Shown piece by piece: positions 1 to 9,251 of a stretch of 49,660 nucleotides of DNA. A program made the position numbers and the translations under genes. How positions within the stretch are numbered: position 1 is the first letter of the stretch; every line of letters begins with the position of its first letter. The notes beneath the pieces were generated by a model that had not been told where the DNA came from, did not search any database, and saw only the letters and a list, made by a program, of their open reading frames with translations. This DNA is from Bdellovibrionota bacterium (GTDB lineage: Bacteria; Bdellovibrionota; UBA1018; UBA923): NCBI GenBank assembly GCA_040754655.1, contig JBFMCE010000011.1, positions 1-49,660 on the forward strand, read 5' to 3'.

Positions 1-2
1 CT

Positions 3-935
3 GTGATGACCGGAATGCCGGGAGAGACGGATGAAACCGCGATGGAGACGGGCAGGTTTCTGGGAGACATGGCCCGCATGCAGGGCACGCCTCCGGCAGA
101 ACTAGGCATGGGCGCTTTTTATGCGCTGCCTTTGCCAGGAACGCCGCTCTATCAATATGGCCAGCAGGTGGGCATGATCGGCCGTACAGTCGATGAGGAA
201 GAGAAGTATCTTGAAGCGATTTCAGATTGCCCGTCGAATAAGACGAATTACATCAATCTAAATGGCGCTAGCCTTAAAACAGCCTTGTTTTGGGACATCC
301 TGATCATGTGCGAAGCCACCCGTACTTATTTCGCCAAACCTCTTGGAAACGATTTTATTCGGCACATCGGAATGAACTTTGAAAGAGGCAAGATCGACAA
401 CACTGTGCACGGCGAGCAGAACGAAGCCGAGTTCAATGAAGCCAAATACCAGATCAGCAAACATTATCCTGCGATGGGTTCAGTGGCTTATCGCGAGTTT
501 TTGAAGACCCGCGACGGAAATGGCGTCAAACAGCTTCTCGACAGCTTGAGCTTCTTGAAAACCATTCGGTTTTATCTCGCCCTCATACTGACTCGATGGG
601 CGACCATCATTAACACGAAACTTGCGACGAGCCCGGTGGCGCAGAAGATTCCGCGTTGGATTCTCTATCCGGTGATGCGCAATATGAACTATTTGCAATT
701 CGTCATTTGGGGCCTTGTGAGAAAAGCGATTGAAATGACGGGAAGGCGGGTAAAATCCCGGAGCCTGTTCAATTATTCTATTTTCCCCAAGCCGATCACC
801 TCTGAGTTTCTCTCTGGTTTTCAGCACAGGATTGAGCGGTCTCTGAGAAATGTCGTGGCCATCAATCGCGATAATAGCTTTCGGCCTCAAAGCTCAAGCG
901 AGTTCAATCAAGACCTCTTGAACCAGGGGCGATAA
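3..935 (+). CDS. C-terminal part of a probable cobalamin-dependent (class B) radical SAM protein; 5' end lies outside the window
   Basis: Begins with MTGMPGETDETAMET followed by PLPGTPLY, the typical end of the radical SAM barrel in B12-binding radical SAM proteins. The same motifs occur in the 11512..13353 protein (GFPGET...PLPNTPIY). CxxxCxxC is not in the window. Confidence 0.7.
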   Translation: MMTGMPGETDETAMETGRFLGDMARMQGTPPAELGMGAFYALPLPGTPLYQYGQQVGMIGRTVDEEEKYLEAISDCPSNKTNYINLNGASLKTALFWDILIMCEATRTYFAKPLGNDFIRHIGMNFERGKIDNTVHGEQNEAEFNEAKYQISKHYPAMGSVAYREFLKTRDGNGVKQLLDSLSFLKTIRFYLALILTRWATIINTKLATSPVAQKIPRWILYPVMRNMNYLQFVIWGLVRKAIEMTGRRVKSRSLFNYSIFPKPITSEFLSGFQHRIERSLRNVVAINRDNSFRPQSSSEFNQDLLNQGR

Positions 936-1861
936 ACCATCTCTTTGATTTTATGTTTGAGTCTAGAAAGTCGTTTGTTTGAAGCTTTGTCGTTGCTGAA
1001 CCAAAGCCATGTTTCACGTAAAGCATCTTCCAAGCGGGTGTACTTTAGGTTCAAATCGCGTTGAATAAGATCGTTTCTTGCGATCAAGTCGTAGTCAAGC
1101 CAGGGCAGGGCAAGGTCATGAGGGGCGCCCTTGTCCAACGCAATGGTCTTGGCCTTGAATCCTGTGGTCTTCGCGCAAAGCTCAACGAACTGAGAGATCG
1201 AGACTGGTTCATTGCAAGCGATGTTGTAAGTCTTGCCCCAAGTGAGTTTTTTTTCGATCGTCAAGCCAATCGCAGAAACGAAATCACCCACGTAGAGAAA
1301 ATTGATCCGGGCCAGGTTGTCTTTTCGCACAAGGATCGGCATCGCGTTCAGCAGCCGCAAAAAAACATGTCCGGCGTGCGCGGCATCGTAGGGGCCAAAT
1401 ACGCCTTGCGGGCGAAAGACCGTCGTCGGGAAACGAAAACGCTCCCACGCGTCTAAGAGCAGGTCTTCCACTAAAGACTTGTCTCCCCCGTAGGTGTTCG
1501 GTTCGTGCGTTCGAGGGCTTTGCTCGTCGTAAGGAGAGGGCGGAGGGGTTCGGTAAACCGACGAGGTGCTGCAAAAAAGATAATGTCCGATCTGGTCGCG
1601 ATAACGTTCAAGGATGGGTTTGACGTGTTTGGGTGAATACCCGCTCAGGTCGACTACCGCGTCATAGTTCTTCTTAGAAAAAAATGCTTCCAAAGATTTT
1701 GGGTCGTTTCGGTCCCCAAGCACATGCTCAAGGTTGAGGCGGGTCGGCGCTTTGGTGATGCCGCGGTTGAACAAGGTGACTTTATAACCATCTTTGATCA
1801 GCTTTTGAGCCAAGTGATAGCCGATGAACCGCGATCCACCGAGAACGCCAACGTGTTTCAT
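908..1861 (-). CDS. NAD-dependent epimerase/dehydratase (atypical extended SDR)
   Basis: GGSRFIG Rossmann motif, STSSVY and YGGDK. Start set at ATG 1861, which overlaps the upstream stop (ATGA). Confidence 0.85.
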   Translation of the reverse strand: MKHVGVLGGSRFIGYHLAQKLIKDGYKVTLFNRGITKAPTRLNLEHVLGDRNDPKSLEAFFSKKNYDAVVDLSGYSPKHVKPILERYRDQIGHYLFCSTSSVYRTPPPSPYDEQSPRTHEPNTYGGDKSLVEDLLLDAWERFRFPTTVFRPQGVFGPYDAAHAGHVFLRLLNAMPILVRKDNLARINFLYVGDFVSAIGLTIEKKLTWGKTYNIACNEPVSISQFVELCAKTTGFKAKTIALDKGAPHDLALPWLDYDLIARNDLIQRDLNLKYTRLEDALRETWLWFSNDKASNKRLSRLKHKIKEMVYRPWFKRS

Positions 1862-3114
1862 GTGGATGCTAGGATGCACTTTCCGATTTCAAGGGCCTTC
1901 TTCCGATCTCCTTCGGGCGTCACATGCACCATGTCCAGGAAGAAACTTTCCTCTGAGGCCGTCTTGTCTAAATCCACAAGCGGAGCGTTTTGTTCCGAGG
2001 CGATTTGCCGGAGGAGCGCATTGACTTCGATCATGTGCCGCTTGATCGCAAGGTGCGTGGGATCATCGTAGTTTTGAGAAAAAGGCATCGTCGTCAAAAT
2101 GACTTTTGAACCTTCGACTTTGGCTAAGTTGATGATGGTCTCGATGTTTCGTCGAAAAATAGCGAGCTCTTTGGGATCATAAGTGAGAGCCTTGCCTTTT
2201 TTCTGTAAGATCTGGCTGTATTTGTCGGCGGCTTCCGGAAAATCTCCGAACTTCGGCAGGAGCCGGTAAATAGCCTGTACGCGCAGCCTCAAGAATCGAT
2301 AAACGACCGAAAAATGAATGAGATACCGGTCTGGGGCTCCTCGGTAATGCCAAGGCACGAAAGCATGCGCTCCGTCTCCGCGCCAAGAAGGGTAGCCTCT
2401 GTACTTGTGGTCATTGACATTGTGGTGGATGACCACGATGTGAGGTTTGAAATCTCTCACGTTTAATACGTAATTCACGACGCTATGAATGGTGGTCCAC
2501 CAAGAGAGCCCGAAGTTCAGCACCTGAAACTTCTTCTCTGGCGCGGTCTTTCTCAGCTCCTCTTCCAGCAGCGCCGGATACCCGTACTCCGTCGTTGAAC
2601 CCCCGAGGCAAGCGATGCGTATCGTTTCTTGAGGCCGAGGGATGTCGCTCGCTGATATTCCGACAAACCCGTAGTCTCCGTATGCGCGCCGTCGTTGAAA
2701 ACCCGCGGGTTTGCCGATGCGGCCGGTAAATTGCAGGAAAGGGTGCGCTTGGATGCGAGTTTCCAGCGGGTCGCCGTAGCAGGAAAGGTCAATCCACTTC
2801 AGTTTGAAGTCGCCAAGCTTTTTGGGAAACAACCTTGCTGCAAGGCAGATGGCGATTCGCGCGGAAATTTCTAAGGCAAAAAAACTGACGAGCAACGTCC
2901 AGAGAAGTTTTAGCTCGCCCCGTTCCTCAAGAAAACCTGGAGCTACGATCAGATACGCCGAAAACACGATGACCGCCAATGCGATCAGGTAGTGGATGAG
3001 ATACTTTCGCCTGGTGTTGTAATTCTCGAGTTTCAATAAGGGTAGGAAAAGGGGCGGGAGATAGAGCACTCCTGCCAGCAGCGGAAGTGTTTTAAGAAAG
3101 AAATCGTTCAACAT
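1858..3114 (-). CDS. Membrane-anchored SGNH/GDSL hydrolase (putative glycan O-acetyl esterase or transferase)
   Basis: Three N-terminal hydrophobic helices, then SGNH blocks GGSTT, NFG, HNVND and DMVH. Confidence 0.8.
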   Translation of the reverse strand: MLNDFFLKTLPLLAGVLYLPPLFLPLLKLENYNTRRKYLIHYLIALAVIVFSAYLIVAPGFLEERGELKLLWTLLVSFFALEISARIAICLAARLFPKKLGDFKLKWIDLSCYGDPLETRIQAHPFLQFTGRIGKPAGFQRRRAYGDYGFVGISASDIPRPQETIRIACLGGSTTEYGYPALLEEELRKTAPEKKFQVLNFGLSWWTTIHSVVNYVLNVRDFKPHIVVIHHNVNDHKYRGYPSWRGDGAHAFVPWHYRGAPDRYLIHFSVVYRFLRLRVQAIYRLLPKFGDFPEAADKYSQILQKKGKALTYDPKELAIFRRNIETIINLAKVEGSKVILTTMPFSQNYDDPTHLAIKRHMIEVNALLRQIASEQNAPLVDLDKTASEESFFLDMVHVTPEGDRKKALEIGKCILAST

Positions 3115-3119
3115 AAGGT

Positions 3120-3950
3120 TCAGAAGAGCGGATAAATATCATCAGAAGCGCCGCCTAATCCGCCTTTAGAGCCCTTTTTCGAAGTAAATGCTTTCTTCCC
3201 GTTGGAGGATCCTCCAGCACGTTTTGAAAAATAGACTTCTAAAAACAAGGTTGCGATCGACTTCAACACCGAGACGATGTTTTTGATCTTGAATGCTTTT
3301 GTTTCCCCGTTGATGCGAGGTTGCACGACCATGGGAACCTGGCAGTAAGTATATCCATTTTTGAGGAGCCGAACCAGTATTTCGGCAGCGAACGCAAAAC
3401 CAGGAGAGAGCGACTCTGCATTTACGGCCTTCGTTGGAAACACGTTGTGGCCATTGTAATATTTGAGATCAAGCCGGAACAAAAGGTTCATCAATTTTAC
3501 AAATGAAGTCGAGAGCAATCGGCGAGGAAAACTTCGAACTTCGGAATTCGCGATATATGGGACTACGACATCGTATTCGCCCGTTCGAGAAAGGATCTTT
3601 CCAAGTTCTATCCGGCCAATGCAGTTGTCGCCGCAAACCATGACCGAGTAAGACATCTTCGCATTGAGCAAGCCTTCTCGAAAGGCGCCTCCGAAACCGA
3701 GGTTCACTTTGTTGTCGATGATTCGAACCTGAGGTCGGCCTTCAGCGTATTTTTTTGCGACCGCCAAGGTGTTGTCCGACGAGCAGTCATTGACCACGAT
3801 GATTTCATATCCATCGGGCAAGTCTTTACAGGCTGCCACTACATGGTCTAAAGCAGCCTCAAGGTTTTGCTCTTCATTGTAGGAAGGCACGATCACGCTG
3901 ATGGATCGATTCAAGGGTTCGTGCTTTTCTGTAGCGTCAGGACGGTTCAT
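3120..3950 (-). CDS. GT2 glycosyltransferase (DPM-synthase-like)
   Basis: VIVPSYNEE, VVNDCSSDNT, NLGFGGA and AAEIL motifs. Confidence 0.9.
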   Translation of the reverse strand: MNRPDATEKHEPLNRSISVIVPSYNEEQNLEAALDHVVAACKDLPDGYEIIVVNDCSSDNTLAVAKKYAEGRPQVRIIDNKVNLGFGGAFREGLLNAKMSYSVMVCGDNCIGRIELGKILSRTGEYDVVVPYIANSEVRSFPRRLLSTSFVKLMNLLFRLDLKYYNGHNVFPTKAVNAESLSPGFAFAAEILVRLLKNGYTYCQVPMVVQPRINGETKAFKIKNIVSVLKSIATLFLEVYFSKRAGGSSNGKKAFTSKKGSKGGLGGASDDIYPLF

Positions 3951-3972
3951 AGATATTGATTGGATACCATTG

Positions 3973-4024
3973 TTTTAATGAATCAAAAAAGGGATTGTCA
4001 AATATTCTGCTTAAATGCTAGCTT
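3973..4024. promoter_or_regulatory. Putative back-to-back sigma70 promoters sharing a TTGTCAA -35 core
   Basis: Plus strand: TTGTCA (3995-4000), 18 bp, TAGCTT (4019-4024) with extended TG. Minus strand: perfect TTGACA (4001-3996) with only a weak -10. Lies in an AT-rich 91-bp divergent gap. Confidence 0.4.
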
Positions 4025-4041
4025 TTACAAATTAAATCTTT

Positions 4042-4692
4042 ATGGGTGAGCTCAATCTTCTCGACCTTTATCCCAAAGCAAAGCGCGATCTCAATGCCCG
4101 CCAAGCCGCTACCCCAGAGGACCGACGCATTGCTAAGCAGTTTGGTATGGAATACTTTGATGGCACTCGCAATCAAGGGTATGGCGGCTATCGTTACGAC
4201 GGTCGGTGGAAGCCCATCGTACGTCGATTTCAAGAACATTACGGATTAACTTCGAATTCAAGGGTTCTTGATGTGGGCTGCGCTAAGGGATTCATGCTCC
4301 ATGATTTCTATGAGGCGATTCCTGGGATCAGTTTGGCAGGAATCGATGTTTCTCAGTATGCCCTTGATACGGCCATGCCCAGTGTTCGCCCATTCTTAAC
4401 GATTGGAAATGCCAAAGAAATCCCATTCGAAGACAAGTCCTTTGATCTCGTGATCGCAATCAATTCCATTCACAATCTTGAAATTGAGGATTTGAAGCAA
4501 TCGCTTCGAGAAATCAACCGAGTGAGCCGGGGAAATGCTTTCGTTGTCGTAGATGCTTATCGCAGTGACGAAGAGCGAGAGGCGATCTTGCGGTGGAACT
4601 TGACTGCTGCGACCTACCTTCATGTGGACGAGTGGAAGGCGGTTTTCGCGGAAACGGGTTATAAGGGCGATTATTACTGGTTTATTCCTTAG
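4042..4692 (+). CDS. Class I SAM-dependent methyltransferase
   Basis: VLDVGCAKG motif I, GIDVS, and FEDKSFDLV..NSIHN. Confidence 0.9.
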   Translation: MGELNLLDLYPKAKRDLNARQAATPEDRRIAKQFGMEYFDGTRNQGYGGYRYDGRWKPIVRRFQEHYGLTSNSRVLDVGCAKGFMLHDFYEAIPGISLAGIDVSQYALDTAMPSVRPFLTIGNAKEIPFEDKSFDLVIAINSIHNLEIEDLKQSLREINRVSRGNAFVVVDAYRSDEEREAILRWNLTAATYLHVDEWKAVFAETGYKGDYYWFIP

Positions 4693-5142
4693 ATGGACAA
4701 GGGAAGCCAGGGCCTCCGAGTAGTCAGCTCAGTATTCATCTTGAGAAACGACGGCGCTGCTCTCTTACAACATCGAGACGATAAGCCAGGACTGCGCCAT
4801 GCTGGCAAATGGACTGTGCCTGGCGGCCATTGCGAGCCCGGAGAGCTGATAGAGGCTTGTGCCCGGCGGGAAGTCTTGGAAGAGACTGGTTATGTCTGCG
4901 GCAAGCTCGAACTTCTCGCCAAAGGCGTCATTTTTGATCATGGTGACGGGGAATCTTATTATTTGGCGCTTTTTTGGACCCAGTACGATGGGGTACAGCC
5001 CTATCAGTGTTTTGAGGGCCAAGATTTGAGGTTCATCGCTAGGGAAGGCGCCAGTCATTATCCAGTAATTGATTTTTTAATGCCCTATTGGGATAGTGCT
5101 TTAGAAAGAATGAGGCAAGCATGCAATCAGTCCCTTATTTGA
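4693..5142 (+). CDS. NUDIX hydrolase
   Basis: Complete Nudix box GGHCEPGELIEACARREVLEETGY. Confidence 0.92.
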   Translation: MDKGSQGLRVVSSVFILRNDGAALLQHRDDKPGLRHAGKWTVPGGHCEPGELIEACARREVLEETGYVCGKLELLAKGVIFDHGDGESYYLALFWTQYDGVQPYQCFEGQDLRFIAREGASHYPVIDFLMPYWDSALERMRQACNQSLI

Positions 5143-6221
5143 ATTTGGGCAAAGAGACTTCTTTATTGAAAGAAGAGCTCATGAAGGTCGTGGGCGAAGT
5201 TCTTGAAAGCGGGATGTATATCCTGGGACCTCAGGTCTCGTCTTTTGAAAGAGAGTTCGCGGCTTATTGTGGTTCTGAGTTCTCTCTTGGCGTCGATAAC
5301 GGCACGACGGCGTTGTTATTAACGATGCGGGCGTGGGGGCTTGGTGAAAATGATGAAGTCATTACCGCGCCAAACTCTTTTATCGCTTCCGCTTCATCAG
5401 TAGCTCTTGCAGGCGCCAGGCCCGTATTTGCGGATATTGGCCCAGATTTGAATCTCGACCCTGAGAAGGTTGAAGCGGCGATCACACCCAGAACCCGTGC
5501 GATTATGCCGGTGCATCTCACGGGCCGTCCGGCGAAGATGGAGGCGCTTCTTGATATCGCTCGGCGACACCGTCTTTTCGTTCTTGAAGATGCAGCTCAA
5601 GCAGTAGGCGCCAAGATCGACGGAAAAAAAGTCGGCAGCTTTGGCGATGCCTCCTCGTTTAGCCTTCACCCAATGAAAAATCTCCATGCCTTTGGCGATG
5701 GGGGAATGATTACGCTGAATAGCCGGCAACTTTATGAAACCCTGATCCAAGCGCGAAACCATGGGTTGAAGAACCGGAATGAATGCGATTATTGGAGCTA
5801 CAATTGCCGCCTTGATGAATTGCAGGCCGCCCTGCTGCGGGTGCAGCTCAAGCACCTGGACCAGCAAACCGAAGAACGGCGAAAGCTCGCGTTTCGTTAT
5901 CACAAGTTACTGAAACCTTACGGAGCGGTGCCGGAAGAGGGACCCCAAGAATTTTGCGTTTACCAAACCTATGTCATCCAGGTTGAGCGACGAGACGAGC
6001 TTTTGAAGTTTTTGAATGACCGTGGCGTTGAGGCGCGCATCCATTACCCGATTCCGATTCACTTGCAACCTGCGGCGAGGTCGTTAGGGTATTCTGCAAA
6101 AGATTTTCCGGAAACGATGAGAGCCGCTTCACGCATCCTCAGCTTGCCTTTGTATCCAAGCCTTGCGTTTGAACAACAAGATTGGATAGCTCAGTTATTC
6201 AAGGAGTTCTATGGGCGATAG
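5121..6221 (+). CDS. DegT/DnrJ/EryC1/StrS PLP-dependent sugar aminotransferase
   Basis: NGTTAL, EDAAQA, and FSLHPMKNLHAFGDGG with the PLP lysine. Confidence 0.95.
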   Translation: MQSVPYLNLGKETSLLKEELMKVVGEVLESGMYILGPQVSSFEREFAAYCGSEFSLGVDNGTTALLLTMRAWGLGENDEVITAPNSFIASASSVALAGARPVFADIGPDLNLDPEKVEAAITPRTRAIMPVHLTGRPAKMEALLDIARRHRLFVLEDAAQAVGAKIDGKKVGSFGDASSFSLHPMKNLHAFGDGGMITLNSRQLYETLIQARNHGLKNRNECDYWSYNCRLDELQAALLRVQLKHLDQQTEERRKLAFRYHKLLKPYGAVPEEGPQEFCVYQTYVIQVERRDELLKFLNDRGVEARIHYPIPIHLQPAARSLGYSAKDFPETMRAASRILSLPLYPSLAFEQQDWIAQLFKEFYGR

Positions 6222-7170
6222 AAATAAGAACCAAGACTTGATCCGCTCTCTGTACGCGTCAGCTCTTCGCATTCGAATGGTCGAAGACGCGATCGCGAAA
6301 GAATATCCCAAGGGCGAAATGAAAACTCCGATTCACTTGTATACAGGTGAAGAAGCGATTGCAGCCGGAGTTTGCGCGGCCCTCACCAAAGAAGACGTGG
6401 TTTACGCTTATTATCGTTCACATGGATGGTATCTGGCCAAAGGCGGAAATCTCAATCGAATGATCGATGAGCTCTTTGGAAAAGCCACAGGTTGCAGCAA
6501 AGGCTACGGCGGCTCAATGCATTTGATTGATCTTGATGTGGGCTTTCAGGGCACCACGGCGCTTGTGGCGGGCGCGATGCCTCATGCGGTTGGGGCGGCT
6601 TTTACGATGAAGTACAAAAAGCAGCACCATGTCGCGATTTCAGCGTTTGGCGATGCGGCGACTGAAGAAGGGCTGTTTCAAGAATCGTTGATGTTCGCGA
6701 GTCTTCGCAAGCTTCCAGCGATTTTCATTTGCGAGAACAACGGTCTTGCTACGAACACATTGATTCAATACCGTCAGCCTGATTATCCAATATACAAAAG
6801 AGCCGCAGGATTTGGCCTGGAATCAGTGCAAGTAGACGGAAATGACGCTGTAGCCGTCTATGAAGCGATGAATGAGGCGGTGATCAGGGCGCGAGAAGGC
6901 GGGGGGCCGACCTTTATCGAGTGCCTGACTTATCGGGTGCTTGAGCATTGTGGCCCGAACTCAGACGTGTCGCTGGGCTTTCGAACCCAGGAAGAGGTCG
7001 ATGCTTGGAAAAAGCGCGACCCCATCGTTCGATTAGAGCAACACATTGACGCCGAAACCAAAGCACAACTGATTGAACAAAACCAACGAGAGATTCAGGT
7101 CGCTTTCGAAGGGGCTAGGCGCGCTCCGTTTCCGACGTCCCTTATCCCGGAGGGTTATCAATGCCTGTGA
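6211..7170 (+). CDS. TPP-dependent dehydrogenase E1 alpha-like subunit
   Basis: HLYTGEEA, YRSHG, GGSMH, the TPP motif GDAA..EG...ENN, and TYR...H. Confidence 0.93.
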   Translation: MGDRNKNQDLIRSLYASALRIRMVEDAIAKEYPKGEMKTPIHLYTGEEAIAAGVCAALTKEDVVYAYYRSHGWYLAKGGNLNRMIDELFGKATGCSKGYGGSMHLIDLDVGFQGTTALVAGAMPHAVGAAFTMKYKKQHHVAISAFGDAATEEGLFQESLMFASLRKLPAIFICENNGLATNTLIQYRQPDYPIYKRAAGFGLESVQVDGNDAVAVYEAMNEAVIRAREGGGPTFIECLTYRVLEHCGPNSDVSLGFRTQEEVDAWKKRDPIVRLEQHIDAETKAQLIEQNQREIQVAFEGARRAPFPTSLIPEGYQCL

Positions 7171-8207
7171 TGAAATTTACCGAAGCGATCCGTGATGCAT
7201 ATGCCGAAACGATGAGAGCTTATCCAGAAGTCTTCCTGGTTGGCGTCGGGATCATCGATCCGAAGGCGGTTTTTGGAACTTTAGATGGCCTTCACAAGGA
7301 ATTCGGGGATGAACGGGTCGTCGAAGGACCTCTGGCTGAGCAAATGCTCACCGGGTTCACCTTCAGCGCCGCAACGCTTGGCTTGCGCCCGGTCTTGATC
7401 CACCACCGAGTGGATTTTTTGCCTCTGACCTTCGATCAAATAGCGAACCACATGGGCAAATGGAGCTACATGTTCGGAGCCCAGCAGAAGGTCTCGTGCG
7501 TTGTTCGTGGAATCGTCGGTCGAGGTTGGGGCAATGGCCCTCAACACACCCAGAGCTTGCACGGTTTTTCGGCATCGATTCCCGGGGTGAAAGTCGTGGT
7601 TCCGGCCAATGCCGAAGACGCAAAAGGGCTGATGGTCTCAGCGATCCTCGATGACGAACCTGTGATTTACATCGACCACCGTTGGCTTCACAGCGATGCG
7701 GGCGAGGTTCCGGCGGGTCTGTTTCAGATTCCGATTGGCAAGGCCCATGTCATGCGTGAAGGCAAAGATCTCACGTTGGTTGCAGTGGGACCGATGGTCC
7801 AAGAGTCGATGGTGGCGGCGGAGAAACTGGCAGCAACAGGAAAATCCATCGAGGTCATCAATCTTCGCACGGTTCGTCCGATTGATTTCGACACGATCAT
7901 CGCGTCGGTTGAGAAGACGGGGCATTTGGTCGTCGCGGATTCGGATTGGCCGCACTTCGGCGTAGCCTCGGCGATCATCAATCAAGTGGCGCAGAAGGCC
8001 TTTGGGGCACTGAAAAAAGCGCCGTCTTCGGTCACATGGCCTAACCATCCCGTGCCAGCAAGCTACGGGATCGAACCTTCGTACTATCCGATGGCAAAAC
8101 AAGTGATCGATGCCGTTTCCCTCGTTCTTTCAGGGGAAACTAATGGGATTCACCATGTGAGCAAAACAGAAAAATCTCATTCAGGAACTCACTCAGGCCC
8201 GTTTTAG
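7161..8207 (+). CDS. TPP-dependent dehydrogenase E1 beta-like subunit (transketolase-type pyrimidine-binding and C-terminal domains)
   Basis: PLAEQ, GPQHTQS, IPGVKVVVP, DAKGL and EVINLRTVRP. Overlaps the alpha-subunit gene. Confidence 0.93.
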   Translation: MPVMKFTEAIRDAYAETMRAYPEVFLVGVGIIDPKAVFGTLDGLHKEFGDERVVEGPLAEQMLTGFTFSAATLGLRPVLIHHRVDFLPLTFDQIANHMGKWSYMFGAQQKVSCVVRGIVGRGWGNGPQHTQSLHGFSASIPGVKVVVPANAEDAKGLMVSAILDDEPVIYIDHRWLHSDAGEVPAGLFQIPIGKAHVMREGKDLTLVAVGPMVQESMVAAEKLAATGKSIEVINLRTVRPIDFDTIIASVEKTGHLVVADSDWPHFGVASAIINQVAQKAFGALKKAPSSVTWPNHPVPASYGIEPSYYPMAKQVIDAVSLVLSGETNGIHHVSKTEKSHSGTHSGPF

Positions 8208-8208
8208 T

Positions 8209-8733
8209 ATGTTGGCTAGCTTTTTAGCTGCTGCGACGGCTTTCATCGTATTCATCTTCGTTACTGCGCTTGAGTGGCGAGTTTTTAAAGTTCGCGCCCG
8301 TTTGGGTGTGATGCTAGTGAACTTGGTGGTTTCTTCTGCGCTTATACCGCTTCTTCTGCCTTGGTTTTTGAAGCAACCTGTAGTGAATGCAATCCCCGGT
8401 CAGTTGCAGCTGGCATTGATAGCGACATTCGTTTTCGTGTTTTTGGGGTATCTCTATCTGCAATTCTTTGGAGTCATCGAAGGGAGCATTACCCTGCGAT
8501 CGTTGATTTTTTTTCGAAAAGCTCCAGAACAAACATTGCCTTTATCTCGGTACAAAGAATTTCAACCTTTTGACCGCATCATCCAAGAGAAGGTCGAGTT
8601 GATGCCGAAGATGGGATTAGCAGCCCTTTCTAAACGTTCGGGAAACACGGTCTTAACCAGCATGCCAAAAGGACGCTTCATGGGCGCATTGTTGTTTAGG
8701 GCAAAGAACCTTTTTGGATGGGGTCAATACTGA
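8209..8733 (+). CDS. Hypothetical membrane protein (3 TM plus small C-terminal domain)
   Basis: Three hydrophobic segments. Starts 1 bp after the E1 beta stop. Resembles the next gene. Confidence 0.75.
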   Translation: MLASFLAAATAFIVFIFVTALEWRVFKVRARLGVMLVNLVVSSALIPLLLPWFLKQPVVNAIPGQLQLALIATFVFVFLGYLYLQFFGVIEGSITLRSLIFFRKAPEQTLPLSRYKEFQPFDRIIQEKVELMPKMGLAALSKRSGNTVLTSMPKGRFMGALLFRAKNLFGWGQY

Positions 8734-9251
8734 TGGATGCCATAGATGCCTGTTGGACGCTAGCGCTTGCGGCTCTTCTTCTGGGAGTGGCCGCGCATGT
8801 GGCTGTCTTGACGTTCTTGCGGCCAAAGGATCCGTTCATTTTCATCAATCGGGCGATGGTGGTTCTCGCGGTGGCTGTTTTCTGCGGGGCTTTGTTTTTT
8901 TTCCCGCAAATGAGTCGAGGATGGTGGCAAGAAGACCCTCCGTATTGGAAATCTTTGGCGCAATCCTTCGGCATATTGGCGTTTCTTTTTTTGCCCTTTT
9001 TGTCGTTTTACGGGATTGTCGAGCATGCGGTGCGCGCGAGAATCTTGATCGAGCTCTATTGTTCAAGGGAAGGCTTGGCCCTTTCAGATCTTCTGAGGCA
9101 ATTTGACCCAAATGTAGAAACACTAAGGCGTCTTGACGAGCTCGTGACTGGGGGGTTTTTGACTCGCCATGAAGAGACTTTTCAGCTGACTTTAAAGGGG
9201 AAGAGAATGGCTGATCTTGCTTTGATTTGCAGGTCGGTTTTCAAATTATGA
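8733..9251 (+). CDS. Hypothetical membrane protein (3 TM plus winged-helix-like C-terminus), probable paralogue of the preceding gene
   Basis: TGATG coupling at 8731-8735. The C-terminus RRLDELVTGGFL...FQLTLKGK resembles a wHTH wing. Confidence 0.75.
   Translation: MDAIDACWTLALAALLLGVAAHVAVLTFLRPKDPFIFINRAMVVLAVAVFCGALFFFPQMSRGWWQEDPPYWKSLAQSFGILAFLFLPFLSFYGIVEHAVRARILIELYCSREGLALSDLLRQFDPNVETLRRLDELVTGGFLTRHEETFQLTLKGKRMADLALICRSVFKL

Noticed and set aside
6211..8207. Calling the pair pdhA/pdhB or acoA/acoB
   Set aside because: No E2 or E3 gene is nearby and the pair is embedded in a sugar-modification operon, so gene symbols are withheld.
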